A DNA stretch of 64,000 bases from Armatimonadota bacterium. GTDB taxonomy: Bacteria > Armatimonadota > SYMT01. The notes beneath the pieces are model-generated. The model worked only from the letters and a program-made list of their open reading frames with translations. It was not told where the DNA came from and ran no database searches. Where the stretch lies: the NCBI GenBank assembly GCA_046292385.1, contig JBKBRF010000010.1, positions 84,357-148,356 on the forward strand, written 5' to 3'. This document shows positions 1-10,077 of this stretch, piece by piece. Numbering within the stretch: position 1 is the stretch's first letter; each line of letters starts with the position of its first letter. The translations under genes and the position numbers were made by a program.

Positions 1-1207
1 CGGCGATCACCGGGTGAGCCCAGGCGTTCTTGTTCGACCGCTGCGGCTCGAAGCGGCCCTTCTCCACATACTGGCTCGGGTTCGCCTCCACCAGCGCCAC
101 CGGGCCGCTCTGGCTGCGGCAGTAGAGGTTACCGTCCGCGTAGACCACGGAGCCGTTCCCGCCGACGCTGCGGTTCTGCCACTTCGTCTCGCCGGTCTTG
201 AACTCCACACACGTCAGGGTGCCGGGATCGTCGAAGCCGTAGAGGTATCCGTCGACCAGCACCATGCCGCCGTGCTTGTTCTTCATGTCGCGGGTGAAGT
301 AGACCTCTTCCGCGGAGACCCCATTCGGGGTGCGCGCCAGCTTCACCAGCCCGCCCCCCACGTTGTACGCGGCGGCGGCGAAGAGCATGTTGTCCTGGAA
401 GACCGGCGTGGCGATGTTCGCCGTACCGCTGGCCGGGCGGTTGTAGCGCCAGAGGAAGCGGCCGTCCTCCGCGGCCACGCCCACCACGCCGCCGTGCAGG
501 AACTGGATGTACTGCCGCACGCCGTCCACCTCGGCCGCAATGGCGGAGGCGTAGTGGGCGGGGTCGCCCTGGGGCACCTGCGACCGCCAGATCACGTTCC
601 CGCTGTTGCGGTCGAGCGCCACCAGGGTCGCCTGCGGGCCGCCCGGGGTGACGATCACCTTCTGACCGTCGACCAGCGGCGACTCGCTGTAGCCCCAGTT
701 GGGCACCGCGCCGCCGAATTCTCGCACCAGGTTCTTCTGCCAGACCGGCTTGCCGTCGGCGGTATTCAGACAGACGACGTCGCCGCTCACCCCGAGGACG
801 TAGAGGCGGTTGCCGACGACGGTGGGAGTGGAGCGAGAGCCTTCGCCATAGCCGACGTCGTGGTTCGCGGCGGCAATGCGGGTGCTCCAGACCGGCTGCC
901 CGGTGCGCTCGTCCAGCGCCCACACCACCTCGTCATCGCCGCGGTAGCCCATGCCGTAGATCCGGCCGCCGGCCACCGAGGGGGTCGCGTAGCCGCCGCC
1001 GAGACCCTCGGACTTCCAGAGCAGTCGAGGGCCGCCCTGCGGCCAGCTCTTCAGGAGACCGGTCTCCCGGGAGATCCCGTCGCGGTTGGGGCCGCGCCAC
1101 TGTGCCCATTCTCCGCCGCGCTCCTGGGCAGAGACGGCGACGGCGGCGGCGCTGAGGGCCGTGAGCAGAAGGACCCGGCGGGTCAGGGGCGCAGAGCGGA
1201 GGGTCAT
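1..1207 (-). CDS. PQQ-like (BamB-type) beta-propeller repeat protein, secreted; 3' end runs off the window
   Basis: Not in the ORF track (no stop in window). Hand translation from ATG at 1207: MTLRSAPLTRRVLLLTALSAAAVAVSAQERGGEWAQWRGPNRDGISRETGLLKSWPQGGPRLLW..., the typical WxQWRGPxRDG N-terminus; AGGAG RBS upstream. Confidence 0.85.
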   Translation of the reverse strand, partial: MTLRSAPLTRRVLLLTALSAAAVAVSAQERGGEWAQWRGPNRDGISRETGLLKSWPQGGPRLLWKSEGLGGGYATPSVAGGRIYGMGYRGDDEVVWALDERTGQPVWSTRIAAANHDVGYGEGSRSTPTVVGNRLYVLGVSGDVVCLNTADGKPVWQKNLVREFGGAVPNWGYSESPLVDGQKVIVTPGGPQATLVALDRNSGNVIWRSQVPQGDPAHYASAIAAEVDGVRQYIQFLHGGVVGVAAEDGRFLWRYNRPASGTANIATPVFQDNMLFAAAAYNVGGGLVKLARTPNGVSAEEVYFTRDMKNKHGGMVLVDGYLYGFDDPGTLTCVEFKTGETKWQNRSVGGNGSVVYADGNLYCRSQSGPVALVEANPSQYVEKGRFEPQRSNKNAWAHPVIA

Positions 1208-1303
1208 GAGGTTCTCTCTCCTGAGGAGTGTTAGAGGTGGGACGCGTGCGGCTTCTCCGTCGTTCGGTCGTCCGGCGGGCCGTCCGGTTGCAGGAATCTT
1301 TTG

Positions 1304-4300
1304 TTACTCGCTGCGAAGGGCGCTCATCAGCGGCCCACGCAAGGCCAGGGCGGTGGCGAGCCAGGTCCACAACAGGCCGGTGAGCAGCACGGCAGCGAGC
1401 GTGAGCGAGAGCGACACGTACGGCACTTCCGCACCCGGGGACCGGAGCGCCGGGAGCACGGCGAGGACTGCCGCGGCGATGCCGACCAGCAGCCCCAGCC
1501 CGAGCAGCAGGGAGTGCTCGCTGAAGATGAGCCAGCGCAGCGCCCGCCCGCGGAACCCGACCGCCCGCAGCACTGCCAGCTCGCTCCGGCGCTCCAGCAC
1601 GTTCCGCAGCACGATGACGCCGAGACCCAGGCTGCCGAGCAGCAGGCCCAGCCCGCCGAGCGCCGCGAAGATCGAGAGATAGGTGTTCTCGACGGTGCCG
1701 AACAGCGCCAGTCGCTCCGGGGCGGGGGTCAGGTCGAGCCCTGCGTCGGTCAGCCCGTAGGCCAGCTCTTCCGCCACCGCCGGAGCCTGCTCGCGCGGCG
1801 CGTCGACCAGGAAGACCCGGTAGCCGCCGGACGACGGAAACGCCTCCGTAAAGTGAGCCTCGGAGATGAGGAGCCCGCCCTGCAGGATCGAGTTGGAGAG
1901 CACCCCGACGATCCGCAGCGTCCGCGGCTGCCCGCGGTCGTCGAGCATCACCACCGTGCCGCCGAGCCCCTTGCCGAGCGACCAGACGACGGTATTCACG
2001 TCGCCCACCGCCGGGATCTCGCCGTCCGGAAGCGTCCGCTCCAGCACGCGCCACGGGTCGCGCGGGTTGCCGTCGACCTGCGAGAAGGTAAACGCCTTCC
2101 GCTCCGCCAGCGCCGCCGGCTGCACGCCCAGGATGCGCGGGGTCTGGGCGCGGTTCAGGTTGAGGCAGGTCGCCTCGTCCCCCTCCCGCATCCGGAGCTG
2201 CACCAGCTGCGCGCCGGCCAGCTCCTCGCCGTCCAGCCCGAACTCGTCCCGGCCCGCCGCGCTGCCGAGGTCGTGGTAGACCGGCAGCGCCGTCTCTCCG
2301 TAGAAGGCAAAGCCGCCAGTCCCGGACGACCGCTCCTCCGCGTGGGCGAACGGGTCGTGCCGGTTCGCACCGACCGCGATCACGAGGAAGCTCCCGCAGG
2401 CGAGCAGCCCCACCGCCGCGAGGCTGCGGCCCCGGCGCCGGACGGTGTTGCGGATCCCGAGCCCGGAGAGCGAGAGCCCGCCGGGGTTCGCCCGCTGCTC
2501 CAGCCGCGCGAAGAGGGTGCGGCACACCGCGATCCCCGCGATCAGGAGCAGCCCGCCCGCCCCGAAGAAGTAGCCGGCGGCGCTCTGCGGCGTCGCTCCG
2601 AGCGCGAGCCCCGAGAGCGCGGCGGCGCCGAGGACGCAGACGACCGCCGTCGGCACTCCGGGAGCGCCTCGTCTTGATCCGGGCTTCTTCGCGGGCTCCG
2701 GCTCCAGCTCCGCGCCGGACGCCAGCAGCGCCCGCGCGGGAACCTGCGCCTGGCGCCGGGAGACGAGCCAGATCGTGAGGAGCGAGACCAGGAACCCGGC
2801 CGCGGCCCCGCCCACCAGCGTGAGCGGCTCCACGTGGAAGCGCAGCGGCGACTCCGCCACCGCCCCGCGCCAGACGGTCGAGAGCCCCAGGATCACCGCC
2901 TGCGTGTAGAGGACCCCCAGCGGCGCGCCGAGGACCGCCGCCAGCAGGGCGATCCCCGCCCCCTCCGCGAGGAGCAGGCGCCGCACGCGGGCCGGGGTGA
3001 ACCCGAGGGCCAGGAGCACGCCGACCTCCTCGGAGCGCTGCTCCACGCCGAGGCCGAAGAGCAGCGCCGCCAGGATGAGCGCCGCCGCGATCAGGAAGAA
3101 GCTAAAGCCGAGGAAGAGCTGGCCGAAGTCGAGCGCCTGGCTCGCGGCGTTCAGCGCGTACTGCCGCACCGGCGTAAAGAAGAGCCCCAGCGTGGAAGGC
3201 CCAAGCTCCTGCCGCAGGCGGTCCCGCGCCGCGTCGAGGCCGCCGCCGGCCGGGTCGAACCGCAGCGCCGTCAGGCTGCCAAACCGGTTCTTCCACATTT
3301 CCTGCCCCGCGGCGAGCGTGACGAACGCCTTCGGCGTGCCGCGGTAGCGGTCCCAGTAGGTCTCGTCCTTGTCCCGGATGCGGTCGAGGTTCACCGGGAT
3401 CCCGGGCTCCCAGTCCCGGCAGTTCTCCGCGTCCGAGACGCCGGGGAAGTCCGGCATCAGCGTGCGGTCCGCCGCCGCCCCCGCGATCGGCACTACCTCC
3501 CGCACGCGGAAGGTCTTCGCGCGCTCCTCGAGCTGCCGCATCGGCCCCACCACGAAGTAGCGCAGCGTCACCTCGTCGCCCGCGCGGGCCTGGAGGTCGT
3601 CAGCGAGCCATTCGTTCAGGACGATCTCGTCGTCGCGGAGGTCCGCCGGTCCCGGCGGTGCTTCCATCGCGGCGACCATCGAGTACGGCGTCGCCCGGCC
3701 GCCGGCACGCAGCTCGTTCACGAAGTACGTAAGCACGCCGCGCGCATCCGGCACCGCCTCGCGGGCGATCTGCCCCACCGAGTCATCCAGGAAGACGCGG
3801 TCGGTCCGCAGCTCGGCCCGCTGCGTGCCGGAGACGCTGCGCACCTCCAGACTGCCGTCCGCCAGCTCCCAGTGACGCGCCAGCGCCTGCCGCGCCTTCT
3901 CGCTCGCCGCGGTGGAGACCTCCGCGCCCCCGACCAGCAGCACGTTGGCGCGGCCTTCCAGCTCGATCTCCCGCTGCAGCCGCTCCAGCGGCACGAAGGC
4001 GCTGTACGGCGGGATCTGGTTCGCCTCCAGGCTGAAGCGCCCGAACTCCGCGTCGCTCGCGATGGCGGAAACCGGCAGCCGGATCGCGATGGCGGCATCG
4101 TCGGTCTTGGAGAGCGGCGCGTCGCGGGAGAGCAGGCTCGGCTTCTCCACCCGAAGCAGCACCTCGCTGCCGACCTTCGCGCCGAGCTTCCACGCGAGCC
4201 GCTCGTTCAGCACCACGCTGTCCGGCTCCGCGCCCGCCGGGGCGCGCCCGCCCGGAGCGAGCGCCCAGAACCGCTCGTCCACCCCCGCCACCTGCACCTG

Positions 4301-4609
4301 GGCGGCGCGCCTCTCGCCCTCGCCGGAAGCGGTCCCCCGCAGCAGTACCACCGGCGCGGGCGTGGCCCCCAGCTCCGCCGACAGCTCGTCCGCCAGCACC
4401 GCCCGGAAGAAGCGGTCGCCGCCCGCCAGCACCTGCGAGACCCCGCCAATGCGAGAAAGCGCCAGCTCCGTCAGCGAGTGGCGAACCGAGTCCCCCACGG
4501 CCAGCGCGCCCACCAGAATGGCGGTGCTCAGGATCGCGCCGAGCAGCACGCCGAGGTGAGAGCGCCAGTGGAAGCGGAGACCGCGCAGGACGAGCGTTCG
4601 AAAAGTCAT
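1304..4609 (-). CDS. ABC transporter permease, FtsX/MacB-like (duplicated large periplasmic + TM domains)
   Basis: 1101 aa; two FtsX-type motifs (EQRSEEVGVLLALGF; ERRSELAVLRAVGF), multiple TM segments, C-terminal ALRSE. Confidence 0.9.
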   Translation of the reverse strand: MTFRTLVLRGLRFHWRSHLGVLLGAILSTAILVGALAVGDSVRHSLTELALSRIGGVSQVLAGGDRFFRAVLADELSAELGATPAPVVLLRGTASGEGERRAAQVQVAGVDERFWALAPGGRAPAGAEPDSVVLNERLAWKLGAKVGSEVLLRVEKPSLLSRDAPLSKTDDAAIAIRLPVSAIASDAEFGRFSLEANQIPPYSAFVPLERLQREIELEGRANVLLVGGAEVSTAASEKARQALARHWELADGSLEVRSVSGTQRAELRTDRVFLDDSVGQIAREAVPDARGVLTYFVNELRAGGRATPYSMVAAMEAPPGPADLRDDEIVLNEWLADDLQARAGDEVTLRYFVVGPMRQLEERAKTFRVREVVPIAGAAADRTLMPDFPGVSDAENCRDWEPGIPVNLDRIRDKDETYWDRYRGTPKAFVTLAAGQEMWKNRFGSLTALRFDPAGGGLDAARDRLRQELGPSTLGLFFTPVRQYALNAASQALDFGQLFLGFSFFLIAAALILAALLFGLGVEQRSEEVGVLLALGFTPARVRRLLLAEGAGIALLAAVLGAPLGVLYTQAVILGLSTVWRGAVAESPLRFHVEPLTLVGGAAAGFLVSLLTIWLVSRRQAQVPARALLASGAELEPEPAKKPGSRRGAPGVPTAVVCVLGAAALSGLALGATPQSAAGYFFGAGGLLLIAGIAVCRTLFARLEQRANPGGLSLSGLGIRNTVRRRGRSLAAVGLLACGSFLVIAVGANRHDPFAHAEERSSGTGGFAFYGETALPVYHDLGSAAGRDEFGLDGEELAGAQLVQLRMREGDEATCLNLNRAQTPRILGVQPAALAERKAFTFSQVDGNPRDPWRVLERTLPDGEIPAVGDVNTVVWSLGKGLGGTVVMLDDRGQPRTLRIVGVLSNSILQGGLLISEAHFTEAFPSSGGYRVFLVDAPREQAPAVAEELAYGLTDAGLDLTPAPERLALFGTVENTYLSIFAALGGLGLLLGSLGLGVIVLRNVLERRSELAVLRAVGFRGRALRWLIFSEHSLLLGLGLLVGIAAAVLAVLPALRSPGAEVPYVSLSLTLAAVLLTGLLWTWLATALALRGPLMSALRSE

Positions 4610-4617
4610 GCTGGAAA

Positions 4618-5559
4618 TCAGGCGTTCTGCGACAGGTGCCCCAGGAACTCGTCCAGCGTCGCCGCGGTGGCAGCCACGCGCTGAAGCTCCCGAAGCCGCT
4701 CCTGATCTCTGATCTGGTCGAGCCGATCGGAAACGGTAGCAGGGAGTGTTCCAAAGCGGGCCGTCAAAGTCTCAACCAGAGCATCGCGGAATCCACGCAT
4801 GACACCGATTCGCTCTACACTTGTGACGTAAGGCATCACCTGCTCCTCCTCGTACTCCGCGATCTCGGTTTCGAACCCGAGCTCCAGCTCCTCCGGCAGC
4901 GCCATCATCCAATCGATGAAACGGAAGACCTCGATGATCTGTTCCCGGGTGAAGCCGCGGTGGTACAGTCCTTTTACGATCCGCAGCTTCCACTGAAGCC
5001 TCGATTGGGGGTCGTTTCGGGTCGACTGCGTGCGCAGGTGCGCCATCACCACGGCAGCAAACAGGTTCCGGCTGCTCTCCAACTCCGCCCAGCGAGCCTC
5101 CCAATCGAGCAGCTTCACGACCGGGAACTGCAATCCGGCGCGGCAGCCCCAGAGGTGGTGCTCGAACCGATCCGGACGCCAATCCGGCTGTGTGTCGCCA
5201 AGAACCCCGATGCTCACGACCGGGCGCTGGTACCGGTCGAACAGCCGGTAGTTGTAAACATACATCCGCCGGGCGAAGCCGGCGTCGGGCTGGCTCTGGA
5301 CCTCGACGTGGATCAGGACCCACGCTTCCTCGCCTGAGAGCAGCCAGACCTTCGCGAGCTTGTCGACCACGCGCGGGCCCACCTTGGCGCGACGGACGAC
5401 CCTCTCCAGCTCCTTGTCCAGAAAGGTATACCCGCGCACCCAGTCGACTTCTGCGGCGGCTTCCGGAAAGAAGAGCCGGAAGAAGCCGGGGAACTCCAGC
5501 TCCAGAGCCTCTTTCCAGGGTCCGTCCAGCTCGTCCGCACGCACGCGTTGCCGGGCCAT
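4618..5559 (-). CDS. Rpn-like / putative-transposase PD-(D/E)xK nuclease with DUF4351-like C-terminus
   Basis: DGPWKEALE...FLDKEL...VDKLAKV...LIHVEVQSQ...FARRMYVYNYRLFDRY and C-terminal MPYVTSVERIG. Confidence 0.8.
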   Translation of the reverse strand: MARQRVRADELDGPWKEALELEFPGFFRLFFPEAAAEVDWVRGYTFLDKELERVVRRAKVGPRVVDKLAKVWLLSGEEAWVLIHVEVQSQPDAGFARRMYVYNYRLFDRYQRPVVSIGVLGDTQPDWRPDRFEHHLWGCRAGLQFPVVKLLDWEARWAELESSRNLFAAVVMAHLRTQSTRNDPQSRLQWKLRIVKGLYHRGFTREQIIEVFRFIDWMMALPEELELGFETEIAEYEEEQVMPYVTSVERIGVMRGFRDALVETLTARFGTLPATVSDRLDQIRDQERLRELQRVAATAATLDEFLGHLSQNA

Positions 5560-5577
5560 CTCGTCTCCTCGCTCCGG

Positions 5578-6351
5578 CTACGACGGCTCACTCGGCGCCG
5601 GCACCAGTCTCCCATTCTCCAGGGCGAGCACGCGCGACATGCGGCGGGCCAGGCTCATGGCGTGGGTGATGACGACGAGCGCCACGCCTTCCTCGCGGTT
5701 CAGCTCGACCAGGAGGTCGGCGAGGTTTTCCGCGGACGCGCGGTCGAGCGCGCCGGTCGGCTCGTCGGCGAGGAGCAGCGGCGGCTCGTTGATCAGCGCG
5801 CGCACCACGGCCGCCCGCTGGCGCTCGCCGCCGGAGAGTTGGCCGGGGCGGTGGTCCAGCCGCGCTCCGAGGCCGACCCGCTCCAGCAGGCGCCGCGCGC
5901 GGGCTTCCGCCGGCTCCCGCCGCTTCTCCGCGCCGCCCGCCAGGGTCGGTACGAGCACGTTCTCCAGCACGGTGCACTGCGGCAGCAGGTGGTGGAGCTG
6001 GAAGATGAAGCCGATCTCGCGGTTGCGCAGCGCCGCCAGTGCCTGTTCGTCGAGCGAGGTCACGTCCCGGCCCCCCAACCGCACGGTGCCGGCGGTGGGA
6101 CGGTCGAGCGTGCCGATGATGTTCAGCAGCGTGCTCTTGCCGGAGCCGGACGGCCCCACGATCGCCACCGACTCGCCCGGCGCGACACGGAGGTCGACTC
6201 CGGCCAGCACCCGGGTCGCGTCGCCCGACGCGGCGGTGTAGCTCTTCTCGACCCCGGCCAGCACCCGGGTCGCGTCGCCCGACGCGGCGGTGTAGCTCTT
6301 CTCGACCCCGGCCAGCTCGACCAGTGAACTCCCGCTCGAGGCGTCACTCAC
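5578..6351 (-). CDS. ABC transporter ATP-binding protein (LolD/MacB-type)
   Basis: Walker A GPSGSGKST, LSGGE signature, LADEPTGALD; N-terminal 18-aa duplication. Confidence 0.93.
   Translation of the reverse strand: MSDASSGSSLVELAGVEKSYTAASGDATRVLAGVEKSYTAASGDATRVLAGVDLRVAPGESVAIVGPSGSGKSTLLNIIGTLDRPTAGTVRLGGRDVTSLDEQALAALRNREIGFIFQLHHLLPQCTVLENVLVPTLAGGAEKRREPAEARARRLLERVGLGARLDHRPGQLSGGERQRAAVVRALINEPPLLLADEPTGALDRASAENLADLLVELNREEGVALVVITHAMSLARRMSRVLALENGRLVPAPSEPS
6200..6316. repeat. Exact 54-bp in-frame tandem duplication
   Basis: ccggccagcacccgggtcgcgtcgcccgacgcggcggtgtagctcttctcgacc at 6200-6253 and 6254-6307, plus a 9-bp partial copy. Confidence 0.95.
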
Positions 6352-7663
6352 GTCCGTACCCCGTTTCTTCCTGAACTGTATCCAGCCGGACCCAGCGCCG
6401 CGACTTCAGCTCGAACCGGGGAAGTGTGCCGGGCGGGACCAGCTCCACCGGCACCCGCAGGTTGAACGCGGCCCGCAGCGCCGCCTCCACCTCCCGGGCG
6501 AGCTGCGCGGGGGCCTCGCAGCCGGGTGCCGGCTCCAGGTGCATCCGCACTTCCGCCATCGCCTCCCGCGTGTAGACCTCCACGCGGTACTCCGCCACCA
6601 GGTCGAAGCGCCGCACCGTCTCCTCGAACGCGCTGGGGAAGAGGTTGACGCCGCGCACCACCACCATCTCGTCGGTGCGGCCGCGGATGCCGCTCTCCAG
6701 CGCCAGGTCGTACCGCCCGCAGGCACACGGCACGGTGTCCGACCGGCGGACGCGGTCGCCGGTCCGGTACCGGAGCAGCGGGGACCCCTTGCGGCCGAGG
6801 TTGGTGAGCACCAGCTCGCCTTCCTCGCCGGGGCCGGCATGGGCGCCGGTCTCGGGGTCGATCACCTCCGCGATGTAGCCCGACTCCAGCACGTGGAGCA
6901 CCCCCTCGCGGGCAGGACACTCGTAGGTGACCGGGCCGACCTCGGTCATCCCGTGGTGGTCCTTCAGCCGCGCGCCGGGCCAGAGCGCTTCGATCCGGCG
7001 GCGCGTCGAAGGGATGCCGGCCCCCGGCTCCCCGGCCACGACGATTGTCCGGACCGAGCTCTCGGAGAGGTCGATCCCCTCCTCCCGCGCCGCCTCGCCC
7101 ATGCGGAGCGCGTAGGTCGGCGTGCAGCAGAGCGCCGTGACCCGGTTGTCCAGGATCGCCTTCAGCCGGGCGCCGGTGCTCATGCCGCCGCCCGGCAGGC
7201 AGAGGCAGTTCAGCCGGGTGCCGGCTTCGAAGGCGGTCCAGAAGCCGAGGAACGGCCCGAACGAGAAGGCGAAGAAGATCCGGTCTTCCGCGGTGAGGCC
7301 GGACGCGCGGAAGACCTCCACCCAGTTCTCCACCATCCAGCCCCAGCAGTCGTTCGTATCGAGCCACCGCATCGGGGTGCCGGTGGTGCCGCTGGTCTGG
7401 CTGAAGCGGGTGTACCGCTCCAGCGGGTAGGTCAGGTTGCTCCCGTAGGGCGGATGAGCGCGCTGGTCGTCGACCAGCTCCGCCTTGGTGGTGAACGGCG
7501 CGCGCGCGAAGAACGCCGCCAGGTCCGGAACCCCGCCCGCCAGGCCGGCCGGCTCCAGCTTGCGCGTATAGAAGCGGTTGGACGGTACCAGCTCCGCGAC
7601 CAGCTCCTGCAAGAGCAGGAGCTGCCGCGCCTCGATCTGCTCCCGGTCCGGGAACCCCGTCAT
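6344..7663 (-). CDS. paaK: Phenylacetate--CoA ligase family protein
   Basis: TSGTTGTP AMP-binding motif, GEPG, HGMTE, PLLRYRTGD, GRTDEMVVVRGVNLFP. Confidence 0.8.
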   Translation of the reverse strand: MTGFPDREQIEARQLLLLQELVAELVPSNRFYTRKLEPAGLAGGVPDLAAFFARAPFTTKAELVDDQRAHPPYGSNLTYPLERYTRFSQTSGTTGTPMRWLDTNDCWGWMVENWVEVFRASGLTAEDRIFFAFSFGPFLGFWTAFEAGTRLNCLCLPGGGMSTGARLKAILDNRVTALCCTPTYALRMGEAAREEGIDLSESSVRTIVVAGEPGAGIPSTRRRIEALWPGARLKDHHGMTEVGPVTYECPAREGVLHVLESGYIAEVIDPETGAHAGPGEEGELVLTNLGRKGSPLLRYRTGDRVRRSDTVPCACGRYDLALESGIRGRTDEMVVVRGVNLFPSAFEETVRRFDLVAEYRVEVYTREAMAEVRMHLEPAPGCEAPAQLAREVEAALRAAFNLRVPVELVPPGTLPRFELKSRRWVRLDTVQEETGYGRE

Positions 7664-8232
7664 TGCGTCTTCGGCTCTCCCACCGGGGCGGCGTGGGCGC
7701 TCTTCGCGGGCGCGTGCGCCCCCGGTGGCGGCGGCATCGGCCGGTAGCGCGTCACCAGGAAGCCGCCCATCGCCGCCAGCCCCAGACCCAGGAAGAACGG
7801 CCAGCGGATGGCGGAGACGCCGCCGGCCGGCGGATGCATCGCCATGGCGACAATCGCGTTTACGATCGGCGCGCCGGCGAAGACGATCGCCATCACGACC
7901 GCCGGCGAGCCTTTGGCTCCAAAGGCGAGGAGCACGCAGAACGCGCCGATCGCCCCGACGATCCCGGCGATGAGCGACCAGGTCATCCCGCGCATCGGCA
8001 TCTGCCAGGACGCACCGTTGATCAGCAGCACCACCAGCGGCGCCAGCACCGCGGTGAGGAAGTAGGCGATCCCCACGAAGAGGAACGCCTTGTAGCGTCC
8101 GTTCACCGGGTCGCCCATCGCGGTCTGCCCCGTGTGCAGGAAGACTCCGTAGACGCCCCAGGAGGCGACGGTCATCAGGGCGAAGATCAGCCAGGTCATC
8201 CCCGGCTGTGAAGATTGCTCGGTCGGCGGCAT
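7660..8232 (-). CDS. Small multi-pass membrane protein (EamA/DMT-like)
   Basis: About 5 hydrophobic helices, SWGVYG motif; 4-bp overlap with the ligase gene. Confidence 0.7.
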   Translation of the reverse strand: MPPTEQSSQPGMTWLIFALMTVASWGVYGVFLHTGQTAMGDPVNGRYKAFLFVGIAYFLTAVLAPLVVLLINGASWQMPMRGMTWSLIAGIVGAIGAFCVLLAFGAKGSPAVVMAIVFAGAPIVNAIVAMAMHPPAGGVSAIRWPFFLGLGLAAMGGFLVTRYRPMPPPPGAHAPAKSAHAAPVGEPKTQ

Positions 8233-8284
8233 GGAAACTCCTTCGGACTCTCGATCTTTCGCGCCGCGGCGGGCGCGCTCCGGC

Positions 8285-8746
8285 TCAGGCGCGGACGCCT
8301 TCCCCCTCGCTCTCCGGCGGCGCCGTCTCGATCTGTTCGGCGAAGACGGGCGGGATCGGCACCGCCTTCATGGTGCGGGTCTCCGGATCGAGACAGACGC
8401 AGACGGCGGTCACCGACCCGCGCGCCACCTCGAGCGGCGCGTCCCCGCTCAGCTTGCGGAAGCGGAACTCGTAAGTTAGCGACTTCTCCCGCTTCTCCCG
8501 CACCCGGAGGTGGACCTCCACCCGGTCCTCGAAGCGCAGCGGCGCGCGGTAGTCGCAGCTGACGTTCACGCGCGGCCAGCCGAGGGTGCGCCCCTCGTGC
8601 TCGAAGTGGACAGAGAGCCCCAGCGAGCGGAGGAAGGCGTGCTCCGTGACCTCCATATAGCGGAAGAAGTTGGCGAAGTGCATGATCCCGGCCATGTCGG
8701 TCTCCGAGAACTCCACCGTCCGGACCAGCCGGAACTCATGCGCCAT
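8285..8746 (-). CDS. Acyl-CoA thioesterase (4HBT/YbgC hot-dog fold)
   Basis: VEFSETDMAGIMHFANFFRYME motif. Confidence 0.9.
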   Translation of the reverse strand: MAHEFRLVRTVEFSETDMAGIMHFANFFRYMEVTEHAFLRSLGLSVHFEHEGRTLGWPRVNVSCDYRAPLRFEDRVEVHLRVREKREKSLTYEFRFRKLSGDAPLEVARGSVTAVCVCLDPETRTMKAVPIPPVFAEQIETAPPESEGEGVRA

Positions 8747-8905
8747 CCCTGCCTCTTTCTACTCTCCGCCGCCGAGCCATTCCGCAGGGAGGTTGGGCAC
8801 GCGCGCGCCGCCCCCCTGCCCGGAGTGGGTTGAGACTGGATTGAGCGAAGGAGCGGAGGCCCCGCGGCGAGAAGTGCTCTCCAGTATCTCTCCCCGGAGC
8901 TCCCG

Positions 8906-10048
8906 ATGCCGACCTCTCACCCCCCGATCTCCCGCCGCGGCGTCCTCGGCGGCCTGGCCGGCCTGGCGGCCCTTGCCACGCCCTCTCCCGCCGCGGCCCA
9001 GCGCGGCCGGTCCGGGCGCCACGCCTTTCTCGTCCTGATCGACGGGCTGCGCTGGCAGGAGGTGTTCCGCGGCGCCGACGAGACGCTCCTCTCCAAGGAG
9101 GCGGGAGGCGTGGGCGATCCGGACGCACTGCGGCGGGAGTTCTGGCGCCCCACCGCGGCCGAGCGGCGTCAGGTGCTGATGCCGTTCCTCTGGAGCACGG
9201 TCGCCTCCCGCGGGCAGATCCTCGGCAACCGGGACCGCGGCAGCCAGGCGCGGGTGACCAACGGCTTCCACTTCTCCTACCCCGGCTACAGCGAGATGAT
9301 CGTGGGGTACCAGGACCCGCGCATCGACAGCAACGACAAGCGCCCCAACCCCAACGTGACGGTATTCGAGTGGCTGCACGGCAAGCCCGGCTTCCGGAAC
9401 CGGGTGGCGGCGTTCGGGATGTGGGACGTGGTGCCCTACATCGTCAACCAGGAGCGCGCCGGCTTCTACGTCAACGCCGGCTGGGACCCGGTCACCGTGG
9501 GCAAGCTCTCCGAGGAGCAGAAGCTGATCAACCGCCTCAAGGCGGAGCTGCCCCGCCACCCGTGGCGCGACTACCCGTACGACGCGCTCCCCTTCCGAGC
9601 GATGATGGAGTACGTCAAGGCGAACCGCCCGCGCGCGGCGTGGCTCACGCTGGGCGAGACCGACGAGTGGGCGCACTCGCGGCGGTACGACCTCTACCTC
9701 GACGCCGCTCGCCGCACCGACGGCTTCCTGAAAACGCTCTGGGAGACGCTGCAGTCGATGCCGGAGTACCGGGACCGCACCACGCTGCTGGTCGCCGTCG
9801 ACCACGGCCGCGGCCGCACCGGCAAGGACTGGACCTCCCACGGCAACGACATCCCCGGCGCCGACGAGATCTGGCTCGCCGCGCTCGGCCCGGAGATCGC
9901 CCCGCTCGGTGAGCGCGCCCACATCGGAGAAGTCACCCAGGCCCAGATCGCCGCCACCCTCGCCGCCGCCCTCGGCCACGACTACCATGCCGAGATCCCC
10001 AAAGCCGCCCCACCCATCGCGGAGCTGTTCAAAACTGGAACGGGATAG
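8906..10048 (+). CDS. Tat-exported alkaline-phosphatase-superfamily protein
   Basis: SRRGVL Tat signal; IDGLRWQE, FSYPGYSE, ETDEWAH, DHGRG motifs. Confidence 0.82.
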   Translation: MPTSHPPISRRGVLGGLAGLAALATPSPAAAQRGRSGRHAFLVLIDGLRWQEVFRGADETLLSKEAGGVGDPDALRREFWRPTAAERRQVLMPFLWSTVASRGQILGNRDRGSQARVTNGFHFSYPGYSEMIVGYQDPRIDSNDKRPNPNVTVFEWLHGKPGFRNRVAAFGMWDVVPYIVNQERAGFYVNAGWDPVTVGKLSEEQKLINRLKAELPRHPWRDYPYDALPFRAMMEYVKANRPRAAWLTLGETDEWAHSRRYDLYLDAARRTDGFLKTLWETLQSMPEYRDRTTLLVAVDHGRGRTGKDWTSHGNDIPGADEIWLAALGPEIAPLGERAHIGEVTQAQIAATLAAALGHDYHAEIPKAAPPIAELFKTGTG

Positions 10049-10077
10049 AAGCCAAAGCCCGGGAGCCCGGAGACGAC

